DNA of 64,000 nt from positions 23,622,001-23,686,000 of the forward strand of contig NC_135808.1 in the NCBI RefSeq assembly GCF_964213995.1, in the 5' to 3' direction. The stretch comes from Mustelus asterias (lineage: Eukaryota). A program made the translations under genes and the position numbers. The notes under the pieces were generated by a model. The model was not told the origin of the DNA. It searched no databases and saw nothing but the letters and a program-made list of their open reading frames with translations. Positions 1 to 13,109 of this stretch are shown in pieces (within the stretch, counting starts at the first letter, position 1; every line of letters begins with the position of its first letter).

Positions 1-620
1 TTTCCCTTCGTCAATGTGTTTAGTCACATTTTCGAAGAACTCCACCAGGCTCGTAAGGCACGATCTGCCTTTGACAAAGCCATGCTGAGTATTCTTGAAC
101 ATACTAAACCTCTCTAAATGCTCATAAATATTGTCCCTCAGGATCTTCTCCGTCAGCTTACCAACCACTGAGGTTAGACTCACCGGTCAGTAATTTCCTT
201 GGCTATCCCTATTGCCCTTCTTGAAAATAGGAACCACATCCGCAATCCTCCAATCCTCCGGCACCTCTCCCGTCTCCATCGACGACGCAAAGATCATCAC
301 CAGAGGCTCTGCAATCTCTTCCCTCGCATCCCACAGTAACCGGCGTACATGCCATCCGGACCCGGCGACTTATCTATCTTGATGCCATTCAAAGATTCCA
401 GCATAACCTCTTTGTTAAAGTCCACATATTCAATCTTTTCAGTCCACCGCAAGCCCGCAGTACATCCACCCAGGTCCTTCTCCTCTGTGAAAACCGAGGC
501 AAAATACTCATTAAGCCCCTCTACCATTTCTACTGGTTCTGTACAGACTTTCCCGCCTTCACCTTTTATAGGCCCTATTCCTTCACGCCTCATCCTTTTA
601 CTCTTCACATATTTATAGAA
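1..620 (-). mobile_element. CR1/HER1-type LINE fragment (ORF2 linker to RT start)
   Basis: ORF 297-716(-) FYKYVKSKRMRREGIGPIKGEGGKVC...KSPGPDGMY closely matches the CR1 ORF2 at 32889-35855. Confidence 0.9.
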
Positions 621-984
621 ATGAGATAATCCTTTGCCAAACCATTTATTCAGTGACTCTTTTACCTGGATAATCTTTAGATCACTCTGATAGGTTTCAC
701 GTGACTCGGCTAACAATTAAGATATTATCACTGTTGAGGTCATGTTTCGATTTAGCTCCTACTTTGTTGTCTTCAAGCAGGATCTTTCTCCTATTCTTTT
801 CATTCTTCTTGATGGGTCACAGTGATTGGATGTTCCTCCCGAAAGTTCACGTTGTTCTCCAGCCATGATGGAACCTTCGGAGACCTGGCACTGGTTCGCA
901 AATGCAAGCCTTCCTGCTCCCAATTACATTGCAGAAAATAATTCGTTTTAGTGGCTCTATTAACTTGTGGGTTCGTGTTAGTTG

Positions 985-1400
985 GAGGGATTGTATTAGT
1001 TTGAGGGTCTGTATTTGAGCATCTATATTACTTTGAGGGGCTATATTGGTTGGAGGGACTGTTCTGATTTGAGGGTCTTTATTCGTTTGATGTCCTTTAT
1101 TAGTTTTAAGGACTGTAGTGTTTGAGGTGCTGTAGTTGATTGAGGGTCTTTATTTTTTGCTGATCTTGCTTCGTTTGAGGGACTGTATCAGATTGAGGTT
1201 CTGTATTCGTTTGAGGGACCATATCAAGATGAGGCAATCTCCCCGTGTGAGGGACTGTATTCGTTGAAATGTTGTCCTGATTTGATCGGCCACTGTAAGT
1301 TTGGGGTATTGTATCCTTTGAACTGCTCCATCATTTCGAGCAATTTCAAGCAATATTAGCTGAAGTTCCTGCATTATATTCAAGTCCTGTATTCGAGTAC
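985..1400. repeat. Degenerate ~18-bp tandem repeat (gagggactgtattcgttt-like)
   Basis: Recurrent tttgaggg-nctgtatt motif at roughly 18-bp spacing. Confidence 0.6.
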
Positions 1401-1850
1401 TGTGTTTGTTAAATTCTGAAACAAAAGACTAAAATTCACACTCCAAAAGCTTGGAAATTGTTGACCAAATGAGCACATCAGAATGAAGGATATCACTGAA
1501 ACAATACGATTTCTAGATATGGGACTGTTGGAGTTTGAAGACATGTACCATCTGCTTTGAAATTACAGATCCCTTTTCCTTTAGCCAGTTAATGTTATCA
1601 AAATTGTCTCGATTTTAGAATTTTCCAACGGGATCTCAGTAGTAAATACATATTGCCATAACAGGAGTGTGACTCAGCTTTCCAAACCTGTTTTTTGTTT
1701 CTTTCTGCGACTTAAAAATAAATGAAAACAACTTGTATAATTTGGTATCCTTAAACTCCCTGTGGGGATTTCATGGGTGTATAATTGAAAGGCACCGAGG
1801 ATGTATCACTCAGAGTTTAATTCAACGGGTAGATCATATCAGAGTATACT

Positions 1851-1914
1851 ATGGAATCATTTGAGATTATCAGAAAAATATACCACATGATTCTTGCTGT
1901 CATCGGTGTCCCGG
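1851..1914 (+). pseudogene. GPR139/GPR142-like GPCR, first coding exon (TM1 start)
   Basis: ATG at 1851 gives MESFEIIRKIYHMILAVIGVP-G followed by a phase-1 GTAAGT donor at 1915, as in the two-exon shark GPR139-like genes. Confidence 0.7.
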
Positions 1915-3469
1915 GTAAGTGAGTATGACCTTTGAAGTTGTGTTTATCTATGAGTATGAGTTTGTCTCTGGTTTTACACTGATTTGATGGTCACCATTAT
2001 ACAAGCACAAAATCAACGATGTTTTAAGTCAAGTGGCCTTGAAGTACCCCAAGGGTTTTATTATTTTATGTCCACTGAAAGTAAGACACCGAGTATTTGC
2101 TCATAGTGGAACACTTTGTACAACACAATAGATTTTAGCACCGTGAATTAGCAAAGTGAAGCAAATACTTGGAGTATCTATCACCGTAGCATTGTACCGA
2201 GTATGATTCTTAACTGGAATAGAACACTTGTCACTAGAGAATTGAACTGTGTGGGTCACTGATTGGAGTGGAACTCCTGACCTCATTTACCATGTAATAC
2301 TGGGAGCATGTTTCATTGTGCAATTGTACTGAGTGTGGTCTCTAACTGGAATGGAACTCCTTACACCAGTAACCACGCACAGCTGGCAATATTTGTCATT
2401 GTGGAACTGTACTGAGTGGGTTACCTTTCTGAGTGGAACCAATTGGTTTCCCTCTTAGAACTGCTGTTTCAGGTGAATGATCTCTCCTTTGCATGGAGAC
2501 GTCTCTATGATTCACAAAGGTAATCGATGACAACGGAGCAAATCTTTGCTGTTGTATTTTCTAATACTTGGATAGAGCAGAATATGTTGATATTGATGAA
2601 AAAAGAGACAGGTGGTGTGTTTTTGTTCTGCATTCCTCAGAACACTTTGCATTAATATCCACGTCAGGAGTATGCCCTGATGTCTGCAAGACAAAAAGCT
2701 GCATCATCTCATTTTATTTCAGCAACACTTTAGTTCTGTACGGCCAGATGACTAATTATATTCGTACTGCTCTGTTCCATTCTGAACTGTATCAACAAGA
2801 GCTCATTGTAACTGTTTACTCAGAGGTTCACAGGAGGGCAGTATTGGCACTATTCCCTATTCTGACGATTATTAATTAACAGATAGCTGAGCCTCCAACT
2901 GATGTTTTACCTTCTCATTATCCATTCATCAAATCTTTCCTCCCTTATCAATATTTAATTATTATTCAGATTTTTCCTTCAATGTATTCACAATTGTTTA
3001 GTGTTGAATTGGAGAAGGTCATCAATTTCAATTTTCCTCCCCTGTCATTTCTGATTGTATGAGTTCAGCACCTACATTCAAAGGATTGCTACCAACCAGT
3101 TACCCTTTACAAATAATGGGCAAAAAGGTTGTTTTCTGATCCAAGACCTGGCATGCATTCCGACAAGACAGTCCAGTTACAACCATTTCTTAAAACCCGC
3201 GGGTGGGAGGCAGTTGATACAGCTGCTAAGGACCTGAGGGCAGGCTTCCCAAATGCATCACTCACCCATGGGTTTGGGATTCTTCCCAGCGTGTTCCCAT
3301 ATAATGCCCCAAAAATTCAACAGGTCAGGATATCCTCGCAAACTTTGAAGTGGTATTAGGCTCCTCAGTGTCATAGAAACCCAATTCCAAATGCAGAGGT
3401 AGTTCAGTCACGGGGCTTCGATTACCACTTAATACTGCAATTGTCAAGGATCTGTTGCTTTTATGTATC

Positions 3470-3559
3470 GTAAACTTCTTATATTACACAATTGCAGGAA
3501 TTAATCCCGAAGAATATAATGATTCTTCATACACCTTTAAGGAAGTTGCATATGTGCTG
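3470..3559 (+). pseudogene. GPR139-like GPCR remnant (TM6-ECL3-TM7 start); rest of exon 2 missing
   Basis: Reads VNFLYYTIAGINPEEYNDSSYTFKEVAYVL, resembling the equivalent region of the minus-strand copy near 9050-9150. Confidence 0.55.
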
Positions 3560-5889
3560 GTTCAAGACCTTAATGAAATACCCAGTTATATGAATTATTC
3601 AATTTACAAGTAAAGAAAGGAAAAGAGGGAAACCCCTCCATACTTCAATCAATTGAATGCTATCAAGAATCGTTTTGAATCAAAAAGTGCCCCTAATAGC
3701 AGTTGTGTCTGTGGGGGAAAAGGGCTTTAATTCATTTTGAAGCCAGATGGTGATTTATGGAACAAGGTGATGTTCTTTCAATCAATAACATATTTGCTTA
3801 CATAATGGAACATTGCATTGTTGTTTTTCCTGAAGGATAACGTACAGTAATGTTAAAATAAATGTCTCTTTGCACAACATAGGTTAACTAATTGACTCAT
3901 GAACTTCCCCCTCAAAGAGGAAATGTTTCTTTGTAATCTTTTGATTCGAGTGATTAAACACGACAACTAACAGACAAATCAAGTCATGTCAGGAAATCCT
4001 GATAATGTGAAAATCAAGGAAATTTAATAATTGAGAATATGTTCCGCTGCCTGTAAGCATTTATTTCTACAGATACGGAAACTGTGCAGTTGCAGAGAAA
4101 TCTTTGCTGATGGAACTAGTGATTTTGTCATGATGATAAATCTAAAAAAAACTTGTAACACACATGTTGAGCAGAAAACTTAGTAACAATGGAGAATAGA
4201 ATGCCAAGGTGTGAATAAACATGTTTGAGGATTAAAGGAGGAGATGAGGTTTGAACTTTACAATTGCATTCGAAATCGTGAACTCATGAGATGAATGTAA
4301 TTTAGAGTGACTTCTGAGGAGGTCAGTTCAGATAAAGGATGATCAAAATGGGAATCAGTATGTTGGGACGCATGCAATTTAGCTGTTGGGAGAACTCAGT
4401 CTGCAGAAGGAAAAGCTGTGTGAACTCCCATCAAACTCTGTCTGTTGGAAAGTCTGTTTGGCAAACTGTTTCTTTTGCCCTACGCCAGAAGAAATCCCAA
4501 AAGTTATAACTGCCTGGTGTGGTAACCATGACTGTATTTTGCCAACAGAAATAGCTCTGAATTTATGGAAGATAGAAGGATTTGGAACTGGATACAGATA
4601 AAAACTTTGTGTGTGGTTATTAAATTCGTGAAGTGTATTTCTCGTTCACTTTCTTGTGTGTTCTGTTATTAAATACACCGTCATTTTATTTAATTTAAAA
4701 TCACTGCAGAGACGTTTAGGGCATCCTTCTTTGATTTTCACATCCTTCCTCACAGTTTGCCAAATAACAAAAAAACAGTTCAGAGCAGGATTTTCAAGCT
4801 TCCCATCTGGAACTTGGAATAATCGTAGGGTCTAACATTAGCTGTGCCGTTAAAAATGAACTAAGTAGCAAATCAAATAAAAACTAGCTACCAGTCCTGT
4901 AAAGGGATACCACAACAAAATGAAACATTTGTAGATAAAAACTATCAACGTAATATTCCTGGAACTGATAATGCACTTCCAGCCTCTGTTCGGGTACTAA
5001 ACAGCAAAACCAAGCGATGTCATAAAGTTCGACTGGACTCCAAGTATTTGTCATTTTGGTATTAATGTGAAAATAAGATGTTTCACACTAGATATGATTC
5101 TATTGATGCTAGGAAGCTATTACCGAAACAACCTTTATTTCACAAATGAATCAGTTAACATTTAACATTTGAACAATACTTAAACGTGGTAGGATAGGTC
5201 TTATACTCGTTCCAATTCAAGCAATATTTGCATTACAGGCTTAAAACACCCTTCAAATAAAACTGGCAAGCAACTCGTACTTATCTCCTGGAACTTGTTA
5301 ACAGTCTGAGATCATTTTGAACACCTCTGAAGAGAGATAGAGAGAGACCTCTCAGTTTTGGTCAGTAATTCTCAATTGTTTGAAAACAAAAATGAAACTA
5401 AAGCACTGGCTTTCCTGCAAGTATAGCTCCTGTCTTTAATTACATGGCTGTCAATCAACCTAATCAAAACCCTTCTCTGAAACTCAAAATGAAACCTAAG
5501 TAAACAAAAATGCATTAGCTGTTTAGGCAAAACACACCATCAGCTAAAATTTGTCATCCTACATTCTCAACATTTGAGCTGCCGGTTGCAGGGGGAGGAA
5601 AATGTGCTCATTCCTGCTGCAAATGAACAGGGACTGCTTTAGTATTTGAGGAGTCATGAGGAGCACTGTGAACTGTTAGCTAACCCATTTAGGTCCCGTG
5701 ATGTCAGGGAAAGTTAACAACGATGCAGTTGAAGATAGTTGGGCCTCGAACATTATGCCTTGAATTCAGTTCTTTTGCCCATATTTGACCGAGGCTGCAT
5801 GAGATGTTAAAGTTTATTTATGATGGTTTATTTATGAGTCACATCTGGTCAAAAATGGTTACTGATAACGGAACCTTAATCTCCTTAAG

Positions 5890-6130
5890 TAATACATTAA
5901 CACTGCAAAGTGAAATTCCCCTTTTCGCCATAGTACAGCACCTGTTCGGGTCAAAGCACCTCACCTGCATGTGTTTTAGAATGTAGATGGTATCCGGAGC
6001 ATCCGGAGGAAACCCATGCAGACACGGGGAGAACTTGAAGTCTCCACACAGACCGTGAACAAAACCCGGGATTCAAACCCGGGTCCCTGGCGCTGTGAAG
6101 CAGCGGTGCTAACCGCTGTGCTACTGTACG
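5890..6130 (-). mobile_element. tRNA-derived shark SINE (HE1-related)
   Basis: Reverse complement of the A/B-box head seen in the full-length copy at 47864. Confidence 0.8.
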
Positions 6131-6444
6131 ACTGCGCTAATTATGTCCGGAGCCGAGTAGTTCTGGCAGAGCAGCAATGAGCAAGAAAATGCTGAGTAAG
6201 TCCTGATTGGTAGTGTTGTCAGAAACATCTTCAATCATTGCTGAGGAGATTGATTAATTGACCGGATTGAATGACGACTGCTCTTTGTGGTCTCCCATCA
6301 AAATTGATCGTTTTTTTTTACAGAACATGTCTTGGAAATTTTCAGTAAAGTTCACTCTTCCCCGATTACCCATGCCTGTGATTGAAAATGAAAACCCTTT
6401 ATATCCCACAACACCCTTTGAGTCATGAGTTCAAAGATCCTACG

Positions 6445-7194
6445 CCCCACCCCCCACCCCCCCCAACAACCTCCCCACCCCCCCACCCCCCTCACCCCCC
6501 TACCTCCACCCCACCGCCAACCCCACCCCCCCACCCCCCCCACACCCCCACCCCCCAACACCCCCACCCCCCCCACCCGCCCCGCCACCACCCCCCCACC
6601 CCCCCAACACCCTAACCCCCCCACCCCACCACCCCCCCAACTCCCAACCCCCCGCACCCCACCCCACCTCCCACCCCACAGCCAACCCCACCCCCCCAAC
6701 ACCCCCCCACCACCCCACCATCCCCCCACCCCACCACCCCCCCACCCCACCACCCCCCCCCACCCCACCACCCCCCCCCACCCCACCACCCCCCCCCACC
6801 CCACCACCCGCCCCACCCCCCCACCCCCCTGCACCCCCCCACCCCCCCAACCCACCCCGCCACCACCCCCACCACCCCACCACGCCCCCACCCCCCCACC
6901 CACCACTCCCCACCCCCCCACTCCCCACCCCCCCCACCCACCCCCCCCACCCACCCCCCACCCACCCCCCCACCCACCCCCCACCCACCCCCCACCACCC
7001 CCCCACCATCCCCCCACCATCCCCCCACCACCCCCCCACCATCCCCCCACCACCCCCCCACCATCCCCCCACCACCCCCCCACCATCCCCCCACCACCCC
7101 CCCACCATCCCCCCACCACCCCCCCACCACCCCCCCACCCTCTCCACCCCCCCACACCCCCCACCCACCCCCCCACCCCCACCCACCCCCCCCC
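6445..7194. repeat. C/A-rich low-complexity tract (ccacccccc-like)
   Basis: About 750 bp of almost pure C and A; source of the spurious Pro-rich and Gly/Trp-rich ORFs. Confidence 0.9.
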
Positions 7195-8920
7195 TTTGCA
7201 GGAGACACGTACCCTTGCAATACCCCAAAACATGTACTGGAGGATCGGAATGCCCCCTCCCCCAAGTTCCCCAGTGTTACAATGTAACAGGTGATAACAT
7301 TATATATGTTGTAATGTGACCTTGGATAACAAGTTGTAAGTGACAGCTGACCCAGTAAACTATATAACTAATAACAGAATGATGTTGTAATCAGCTGACC
7401 AGCTGACTCAGTATAAATAAGAACCTGTTGCAAATTGTCAGATTGCTTGTAAGGGCCCAGGGTAAGGCCTCAAGTTTGGAGTAATGCAGTTTCTTTATTA
7501 AAACTTTTCTTTGATTTATAAGTTGGAGTAAGGAATGTTCTATTTTTTATTGTCTACACAGGAAGAGATCCTTCTGGATCAACACCCAAGAGCTGCTCAG
7601 TATTTTTAAACTCCCAATCGACAATTAGCCCACACCTGGAACCAACCGAATCTCCATTTTGAATCGGAGTCTTCAGTTGGTTCAGGTTTTATGAGCAGAA
7701 TAGTTACCCAGGAAATGTTAGAAGAATCACTACCACTTCCAATTTTCCACCGCAATGGTGATGCGATTACCCCACCTCACAACCCTGTGACAATGTGACT
7801 CCTATTCCCACTGACAACCCCACCTCTCCGTCCCGTCTACATGAGACCCTGATCATCTGACTCCCACGATGTCCCATCTCCCTGTACCTCTAACTTTGCA
7901 AGTCCCTGAACCACAACCCCCTAAATTGCTTGACTAGCCTCCACCACATGTATTCCCTGATGTCCCCCCTAATCAACTGACTCATCACCCTCCCTCTCCC
8001 CCGCCCCCACACTTACTTTACATACTTAAATTCCCACCTGCAAAATGGGTGGAAGATACAGATTTACAGCAGGTGGAACCATAAAATGGGAATATGGATT
8101 CACTCCTCTGATAATGCTCTTCCATACAGAATTGACCCTGCAGCAGCTATGGTGCACATTGGCCGATTTTAAGGAAGGATGGATGGACCATGAAGAGATA
8201 ATCCCATCTACAATATCACATATCAGCTGACATTGAAACCAGGAAGGAATACATTCCTGTCCAGTAATCAGCCATTAAGTTGTGATGCCATGGTTGTCGG
8301 CTACTATGACGTCAACCCCACTGCCTTACCCAAGCTCTTCTGTTTATGTATGGTCCATTCAGCAGGTCTTATGCAGACAGGAACCCACCCCTCCACCCTC
8401 AATGGAGTGATTGGAAAAGAACAAGAGAAATAGAGATAGAAGATGGAGTGTGTGGTGGGGTGGGGATGGAGGGGTGGTGGGGGTGTATGCAGGTTGAATC
8501 AAATATCTCCAAAAGTCAAATATTCAGAATACTGCAAACAAAATGTTGACATTTGCAGCATTCCATCTTTTAAGCAAATATTGTTTCTATCTGAGCCGGT
8601 ATGAGTAGCTGAGTGGAGGTGGAGCAAAGCATGCCCTGGCGATTCTTTTAACCCCCCATTTACATTGTGGGGACTGGAATATCTCACCGGCGGGAAGGGT
8701 GAGAACATTTAGCCACATGGTTGCTCTTCCCATCATGTCCTGTAGGGGACCTTGTAATTCTCTTCCTCCCCACTGTCCGTGTCCAAATATCGACCTCCAC
8801 CCCTCCAACATGACCAGTACCATCACGACAACTGGAGGTATTTTTATATCCTCAGTCATTCAGTTGATTGAATGTTCCAAAGATGAAATCTAAGCTCCAG
8901 TACTCGCCTCTGGTCTGCTA

Positions 8921-9810
8921 TCAGTTGTTTTGTTTATTAAGTTGTTGAATAATGGACGTAAATGGATATTTCACCACACTCTTGAACTGCTCCCTAAACT
9001 TGAACTGAGTCACACCATAAATAAATGAATTTGTACAGCAATTTAAATTCAGAAGCACCACTCCAACTGTGCAAGAATGTACATAAGATTACTGTGATAC
9101 ACATGGTTAATTCCTGTAATAATATAATATCAGAAATGTATAACATATAATAACCACAAAAGTATAAAGCTGCCAGATATGGTGAAGAGTAAGATCATGG
9201 ACTTCCTTCTGCACTCCATCTCTGGGTCACTGCCATTCTCTCCCTTGTTCCAACCCCTCAATGCCTTACGGGCTCGACTGGTCACCAGAATGTACCTGAC
9301 TGTCAGAGCGTTGAGCAACAGTATTAAAACAATGGGATCAATGTGTTTAAAATGTTATCAAACCAACTATATGCCACCCATGCAGGATCGGTCTAATAAC
9401 TAAACTTTTCATTACAGAACCAGGGAACATTGTCAATTATCTCTCCAGGTTCAAATGTAAAGTACATGGTCGTATCTTTTAAACAAAGCAGAATGCAAGT
9501 TTTTGTTCGAATCATGGCTGCTGTTTTCTCAGTGCAGGATTTTATCTTCAACTTCTGATAACAAATGACCACAAATCGATCAAATGAGAACATAACAGTG
9601 AACCAGACTGCAGCTGTATGTCAGGATGAAGGTAATACTACACACGGGGCGATTTCAAGGAAAGATGTGGGGAAATATTAGGAACCAAACCAATATTGTA
9701 TGATTATAGTATGATTGCAGTGATAATTAGCAGTAGATCCGCTGTTGCATGGCAACCAGGTAGCGAGTGGTGCAGGTGGAGAGGCCGCATTTTCCCCGCC
9801 ACTAGATTAA
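8921..9810 (-). pseudogene. GPR139/GPR142-like class A GPCR, large second exon, disrupted
   Basis: Acceptor ttgcag then (V)NLVA..GKCGLSTCTTRYLVAM, FSFDRFVVIC, DPEMECRRKSMILLFTISGSFILLW, CCTNSFIYGVTQFKFREQF, stop at 8921-8923; several frameshifts and stops. Confidence 0.85.
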
Positions 9811-10299
9811 CTGCAAGAGACAGGACAAAAAATACTGATCTGTCTCCATGCCCGATGGTTGGAGGCGAATCTGGTGTTCAGATGCTAATAATTACGTTTC
9901 CAACCTGACGCCATCCACTTTTGGTTATATTGGTGATGGGGAAGAAACAGCCCAAATTGTTCAACTTTTTAATTAGGTTGGCAGGCAGTGATATAATCAG
10001 TTCCACATGTATACGTTGTCATGTTCCCCAGGCCTCATACAATGAAACAGCCCCCACCTTCAATGGCGAAAAGATCAACTTAATATAAGGCAGGTCCATT
10101 CAAAATTCTGATGGCAGCAGGGAAGAAACTGATCTGAAGTCGGTTGGTAAGTGACCTCAGATTTTTGTATCTTTTCCCCGATAGAAGAAGGTGGAAGACA
10201 GCATGTCCGTGGTGCATGGGGTCCTTGATTATGCTGGCTCCTTTTTTCTGAGGCAGCGGGAAGTGTCGACGGAGTTAATGGATGGGAGACTGTTTTCCA

Positions 10300-10530
10300 T
10301 TTGAAAATTGCGCTGAGAAAAATATCTGGTTCACTAATGGCCTTCGTGGGAAGAAATCTGATTTGTTTATTTGTTTGGACTCACATATGACTCCAGAATC
10401 GCAGCAATATTGTTGACTCTTAAAGTGCTCTCGAATGTAGCCTATCAAATCACAGAGTTCAAGTACAATTAGGGATGGGCAATATATACTTACCCAGCCA
10501 ATGAAGCTCACATCCCATAAATGAAATAGA
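10300..10530 (+). mobile_element. Second SINE-like family, 3' part (related copies at 21020-21300 minus and 28570-28770 plus)
   Basis: Shared ggttcactaatg...gactccaga...gcaat-tggttgactct...gggatgggcaataaat motif in three dispersed copies. Confidence 0.6.
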
Positions 10531-10835
10531 AAGACTTCAGCATTAATGGAGCAAGTCCTGGAAGGAGGTTGGGAGGAAATCTAATCAAGAAAGGTGGGGC
10601 AGTCAGTGCATTCATAGTAAACGTTGGTGAACAGCCATTCCGCTGAAATGGAGATGGACAATTCGGGAATCAAATAAGATGAATCACATGAAGATGGGCC
10701 GAGTGTCCTTCTCTGCATTGCAGGGACTCTATAAAATACTAAACGGGTTAGATTAAGAGGGACTAAGAGCCATTCTGCCCATCGTAGGGGGTTTAATTAC
10801 TGACAGAAACAAATTGGACCGGGCAGTTTCAGTAG

Positions 10836-11933
10836 TGTAAATGGATACAACATTGGCCTGCTAACAGAAGACAGAGGGTGGGCGTGGAGGGTTGTTTTTC
10901 AAACTGTGACCAGGGTGTGCCTCAGGGATCAGTTCTGGGTCCACTGTTATTTGTCATTTATATTGATGATTTGGGTGAGAATATAGGAGACACGGTTACT
11001 AAGTTTGCAGATGGCACAAAGATTGGTGGCATAGTGGACAGTGAAGAAACTTATCTCGGATTGCAACAGGATCTTGATCAATTGGGCCAGTGGGCTGACG
11101 AATGGCAGGTGGAGTTTAATTTAGATAAATGCGAGTTGATGCATGTTGGTAGATTGAACCAGGGCAGGACTTGCTCAGTTTTTGGGAGGGCGTTGGGGAG
11201 AGCTACAGAACAACGAGATCTCGGGGTATATGTTCCTGGCTCCTTGAAAGTGGAGTCGCAGGTGGACAGAGTGGTGAAGAAGGCATTCAGGATGTTTGAT
11301 TTCATTGGTCAGAACATTGAATACAGGAGTTGGGACGTCTTGCTAAAGTTGTATAAGACATTGTTAAGGTCACACTTGGAATACTGTGTAGATTTCTGGT
11401 CACCCGATTATAGAAAGGATATTTTTAAACTAGAAAGAGTGCAGAAAAGATCTACTAGGATGCTACCGGGACTTGATGGTTTGCGTTATAAGGAGAGGCT
11501 GTATAGACTGGGACTTTTTTCTCTGGAGCGTAGAAGGCTGAGGGATGATCTTATAGAGGTCTATAAAATAATGAGGCACATAGATCAGCTAAATAGTCAA
11601 TATCTTTTCTCAAAGGTAGGGGAGTCTAAAACTACAGGGCATAGGTGTTAATGTGAGAGGAGAGAGATACAAACGTGTCCAGAGGGGCAATGTTTTCACA
11701 CAGAGGGTGGTGAGTGTCTGGAACAAGCTGCCAGAGGTAGTAGTAGAGGCGGGTACAATCTTGTTTTTTTGAAAGCATTTAGACAGTTACATAGGTGGGA
11801 TAGGTACAGAGGGATATGGGCCAAATGTTGGTCATTGGGACTACCTTCGGGATTTAAAATAAAACGGTGGCATGGACAATTTGGGTTGAAGGTCTTGTTT
11901 CCATGTTGTAGACCTCTATGACCTCTATGACTC
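10836..11933 (+). mobile_element. 5'-truncated CR1 LINE (RT C-terminal half and 3' tail)
   Basis: ORF 10878-11651 with GVPQGSVLGPLLF, KFADGTK, HLEYCV; ends in a ctctatga repeat tail. Confidence 0.92.
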
Positions 11934-12574
11934 CACGTAAGTGCAATTTTGCCCTATGTTGCTGGATTATTAATTACTAAATCAACAGTTCTTTCATAAT
12001 ATTGCAGATATTGAAGTGACTTACTCATGAAGAAGTGCTCTGTTAATCTAATTATTAACATTTTAATAATGTTAATGCTTACTGTCCTCAGACTGATATC
12101 TATGTCTTGAAGGCCGATATCTCTGCTCATCCTGAGAGAAAAAGCCTCATTGAGTTAAGGGTGGAAATTGGTGTTTGTTACATATGTGAAATACAGAATT
12201 ACTAGTCTGTCAAATTAATCCGTAACAGGAATGGATACCCCCAGTCCGATGAATCTGAAAGAAAATCAAATACAACACTCATAACCACAGAAAAATGTTG
12301 GAATAAAAACTACAATTGATACTAAAATGATTAGCACACAGTGTTTGCAGCAACCATACTTACTGGAACCCCAGAATCCCTCTAGTGCAGAAGGAGACCA
12401 TTCAGCCCATTGAGTCTGTACCGACTCTCTGAAGGAACATCTTGTACTCCTCACCCTTCCGCCCTTTCCCCTTAACCCCATTCTCAATGGCCAATTCATC
12501 TCGCTTGCACAGCTTTAGACATGAAGGGGCAATAGAGCGTCGCCAACTCACATAATCAGACCTTTGAGTGGACC

Positions 12575-12755
12575 CACCATATATTAAGCTAATCTTTCTC
12601 GACACCCTAGCTGTGACTATAAGACTACATTCTGCACCCTCTCCTTTCCTTCTCGCCTATGTATTCTATGAATGGTATATTTTGTCCGTATAATACGCAA
12701 GAAAAAAATACCTTTCACTGTATCCAAATACATGTGACAATAATAAATCAAATCA
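12575..12755 (+). mobile_element. 3' end of a Rex1/Babar-like LINE inserted in a SINE (12370-12830, minus)
   Basis: Ends tacatgtgacaataataaatcaaatc and splits a SINE remnant; family assignment from recall only. Confidence 0.45.
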
Positions 12756-13109
12756 GATAAAAACTGGAGCACTGGGATGAAGCGCACACAAACATGGGGA
12801 GAACATGCAAACTCTGCACAGTCAATGTAGCAGCAATTCATTTTGCAAACTGTTGGATTGCATTAAACGTGTTATCCAACAGTTATCTGCTCTTAAATAG
12901 TTGAATCGATTTCTCTTGGTATATTTTGAAATGAGACAGAGCAATATCAATACATTTCAGTGGAAGCATCTCATCAAACAACTGGACAAGTCTCCTATGT
13001 TACCTTTGGTTACATTGATAACTACTAAGATAGATCCATGGAGTAGAGAGAACGATTCGTCACCTCAACCAATGATACAAAAATGAATCAGCTTGTACTG
13101 CTCCAGTCA

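Noticed and set aside
6352-7294. Long Pro-rich and Gly/Trp-rich ORFs
   Set aside because: Artefacts of the C/A low-complexity tract; open in several frames on both strands.
7275-7560. Possible solo LTR (TGT...ACA, TATA, ATTAAA); similar candidates near 4000-4850, 29445-29720 and 47220-47820
   Set aside because: No TSD or second copy in the window to support the boundaries.
12356-12372. Possible first exon end (GVP plus GTAAGT) of the minus-strand GPCR
   Set aside because: Only a few codons remain beside a SINE and the phase is off by one base; too weak to call.
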